DNA of 64,000 nucleotides from Phoronis australis. Its lineage: Eukaryota; Animalia; Phoronida. The notes below the pieces were generated by a model, which had not been told where the DNA came from, did not search any database, and saw only the letters and a list, made by a program, of their open reading frames with translations. The stretch spans positions 591,390-655,389 of the forward strand of contig NMRA01000086.1 in assembly GCA_002633005.1 (NCBI GenBank), given 5' to 3'. Position numbers and translations under genes: made by a program. This document shows, piece by piece, positions 61,101 to 64,000 of the stretch (positions are counted from its first letter, which is position 1; each line of letters opens with the position of its first letter).

Positions 61101-62659
61101 GTGCTGTTCACAAACTCTTGGAATGTGCAACTCTTCGAATTCTTATTACAACCTAAAATAAACAAGACTTGGATGATACTACAAACACAGCTCCGTACAT
61201 ACATAAATATGATGTTAAAGACTTCATTAGCAGTCCACGAGTGTCCAACAGTAAGTTAGTTGTGAGCATGGTGTACAAAAATTCTCCACAGTTTCTGTCA
61301 ATGTCTGTTATTGAAAGTTGCACAAAGGCTCATAAGCAAAGGTGCCAAGCAATGAATACAAAGAGCAAGTCCAGCATGATATTTGCTCGTCTCAGGATTT
61401 CCTTTCTTGAAAAATACTGCACTACCGACTTATTTTAAAAATTTCCACAGATCAGAGCCAGTCATGCTATTTTACCTTAATTTTACTTTTGATGAAAAAT
61501 GTGACTGCGTGGAATTGCAGTTGTCTGCCGTTATCAAGAATTGTTGTATGACTAAAAAACAAAACATAAACAAACATATGTATGGTGCATGCTGCTAAAA
61601 TGAGGGTGGGGTGACCTAAGATTTAAGAATAGTTCAGAACCACCTACCAGGCATACTGATAGTGATGGGGCTTCCCTTTGGGTCCGTTACCGTGTTGTTC
61701 TTGTAGAAGATGCGCACTTCAAACTGGCCCTGACTGACTTCATGCAGCTCAAGGAAAACAGAAGAGGCAAAAGGTGGCGCCAGTTTGTCAAAGACACGGA
61801 GAGCACTCAAGAGGCCAGCCACTGTTGTGTCATGCTGTGAACAGAGTAAACAGTTGTACAATTACCGCTCAATATTCTTGTATTAGGTACTTGTGCTTTA
61901 CAGAAGTAAGCTGAACATAGTGACGTGCCATCCCTCAATGCCAGAAACTCGCTAAAAGCATGATCACGCAAAATCATGCGGTGTTTCGTGACTACTATAC
62001 ACTCGGGGCTTACTAATGCATCTTAAGAGGAGGCAGTGTGGCCTGGTTGATAAGAGCCCGCTTTCTTTACTCGAGGTCGTGGGTTCAAGTCTCACCAGGT
62101 CACACTGCTAAACCCTTGAGCCAGGTTTCTAGCTCCTCAGCTCGGTTTTAACCATATATTAATAAAGCGTAAAAATATTTCCAGGTGATCAGTGCAATGG
62201 GCCCACATGCGAGGCCTGCGCACGTCTGATACAACATGTATCAGACCGCCTGCAATTATTTTTTATATTAATGCACCTTAACAAAATGGCGGCCACTTGT
62301 TAGAGATTGGTTGGACCGTTTACATTCCGTAAGTGACGATTACTCGTTGTACCAGTATCGTAAAACTGGGAAGTTTTTTTAATCACCAAAAGTACACAGA
62401 ATAACGGTTTACATACTCATCGTATTAGTAAAATACAGGAGTCCTAGGCTTTACTCTACAATGCCTTTTAACTTACTCCAGGTAACATTATGTTTTACAG
62501 CAGCTAGCAAAACAAAACTAGCTATAAGCAGTAAGAAAGCAGGTTAGAAAACTATAAAGCTACTCACAGCTGAGTACATAAATATCTTTGGTACTTTGCT
62601 AGACGATTCACCCTTCACAATTCGCTCCATGTTCTTCTTCAACTGCTCAACCAGGGTTC
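58177..62659 (-). CDS. ACP2: Lysosomal/prostatic-type histidine acid phosphatase, last four exons (62568-62659, 61648-61834, 61030-61152, 58177-58304); 5' part lies upstream, probably beyond the window
   Basis: GTLVEQLKKNM..KIFMYSA|HDTTVAGLLSAL..PPFASSVFLELH..VRIFYKN..MPG|CNKNSKSCTFQEFV..EC; catalytic HD motif; last exon has a TM helix VAISVVVTAVVALIIGICCFFVF, RRR stop-transfer and YANV (YxxPhi) sorting motif; exon phases join consistently. Orthology ACP2 vs ACPP not resolved. Confidence 0.87.
60868..61068. repeat. 50-bp tandem repeat x4 overlapping the acid phosphatase exon/intron boundary
   Basis: Unit TGTGGTACTTACCTCGAGTCAGCGAGTTCAGCACAAACACGTTCTCACAC starting at 60868, 60918, 60968, 61018. 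Confidence 0.95.
62029..62135 (+). repeat. tRNA-derived SINE fragment
   Basis: GGAGGCAGTGTGGCCTGGTTGATAAG (A-box-like), GGGTTCAAGTCTC (B-box-like), then CCCTTGAGCCAGG typical of SINE bodies. Confidence 0.55.
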
Positions 62660-64000
62660 CTAGAGGTAACGGACTGACGTGTGAATTCAGCAAGCATTTG
62701 TACCCCATCACTTAATGAGACGTGGGCGGTAACAACAGCACTGCAGAAAGTGAATCACAATTCACAAGCGGCAAAAAGACTAACGGTGCTCACCCCTTTA
62801 AGTATTTCCACATACTAGAGGGAACAACACTGGTGAACTTGCAGCTGAGACTACGAATGCAGAGCTAGCCATTCGAAAATTGACAAATGCAATGCTGGTA
62901 GATATTGGGAATGTCATCTAACGATAGGTCGGTTCTCAACTAAACTGTCCTCTTTCGCAGACGTAGAAAAATGCATTTAATGACTGACTTACTTTTCAAA
63001 ATCCCAGCTCATTAACCAGCGAACAAAACATGTAGCACGTCCAACACCGATATTTGCATTTTATGCCAAGTTCTCGCTTTCTGCATGCATTTCATCTGCA
63101 TTGCGACAGTGAATTACACAATAACTAGGACATAAAATATTTACAAGTACATTTGTGTGAGAAAAAGTAGGACAAGTGCTTGACATGTGTATAGCATTGT
63201 GGGTATACACCACAGAAAGACCGTGGTGCTCTGCTATTTCAGGGTGAGCATTAGCGTTTATCCCGTTACTCCCAACTTGTTCGATTCTACAGCCCAACAA
63301 CACGTTGAGAAGATCCCCCCTGTAGCCAATATCTTACACGACTGATTAACTCCCGTTCTGGTATTTATGGTGGGAGGCACGGCTCTCTTTTGTTCGATAA
63401 TTGCTCTAATCTACGATCAGATCGTATCTAGCCTGACTGGACTGTGCTGCTAAAAATATAACATATCTGAACATAAACCAATAGCATTTCTAAATTCCTT
63501 GTCAAATGCTGATCATGTTTAGTTTTTGAAGCATCAAAATCGCCCAGCTATTAACAGAAGTTAAGGCTATCTATTCTGTCCAAACGGATTACCGACGCAC
63601 TGGGTTCGACTGTGTTCATACGCGTTCGGTAAAAGCGTGCAACAACAGAATCTGTAATTTTGACTACTGGTTCTCACAACTAGTACCAAAAGTGTGCTGT
63701 AATGAAACGAGGTCGATCGTTTGAGTTTGTGCAAAATGGTACAAAACAATCATTTTGAAGAGTTACAAAAAATGAATCACTTGTATGTAAAATTGCAAAA
63801 TATTCAGTACAGGCATACCCACAGAATTCGAAAAAATTAATGTTATTCTCATAAAAACGCTGGCGTTCGCGCTTATAGGGTCAGCTACGCCGAGCATGCG
63901 ACTTTATTAATATAACGGGCCGCTGGGATTCGTTCCTCAGTGATGCGTATACTTTTGGGTAAATCCAGAATGAGTGATCCTCAAAAGCCGCACGTCAAAA

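Overview
Eukaryotic, intron-rich, AT-rich draft-assembly DNA with several N gaps and single-n joins; the repeat families suggest a marine invertebrate, probably a deuterostome (inference). Contents: (1) a decayed Ty1/copia LTR retrotransposon (1-3343, +). (2) A >40 kb minus-strand gene that I reconstructed by hand as 25 exons (44637 down to 4577, about 1465 aa, open at the left). It encodes a secreted or cell-surface mosaic protein: signal peptide, HYR-like, [sushi-sushi-HYR]x4, sushi-like, RKKR furin-site region, GCC2/GCC3, EGF-EGF-TSP1x3, EGF-EGF. It is SVEP1-like in parts but has a different architecture. (3) A 3-coding-exon DUSP19-like phosphatase on +. (4) The last four exons of a lysosomal acid phosphatase (ACP2/ACPP-like) on -, where a 50-bp minisatellite has quadruplicated a splice donor. 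The introns hold Kolobok/THAP, hAT/BED, Penelope, Helentron-type (HINE) and SINE remnants plus satellites. There is no CRISPR or prokaryotic system. The most novel-looking items are the modular gene architecture and the tandem-donor repeat. All calls come from manual reading with no database searches.
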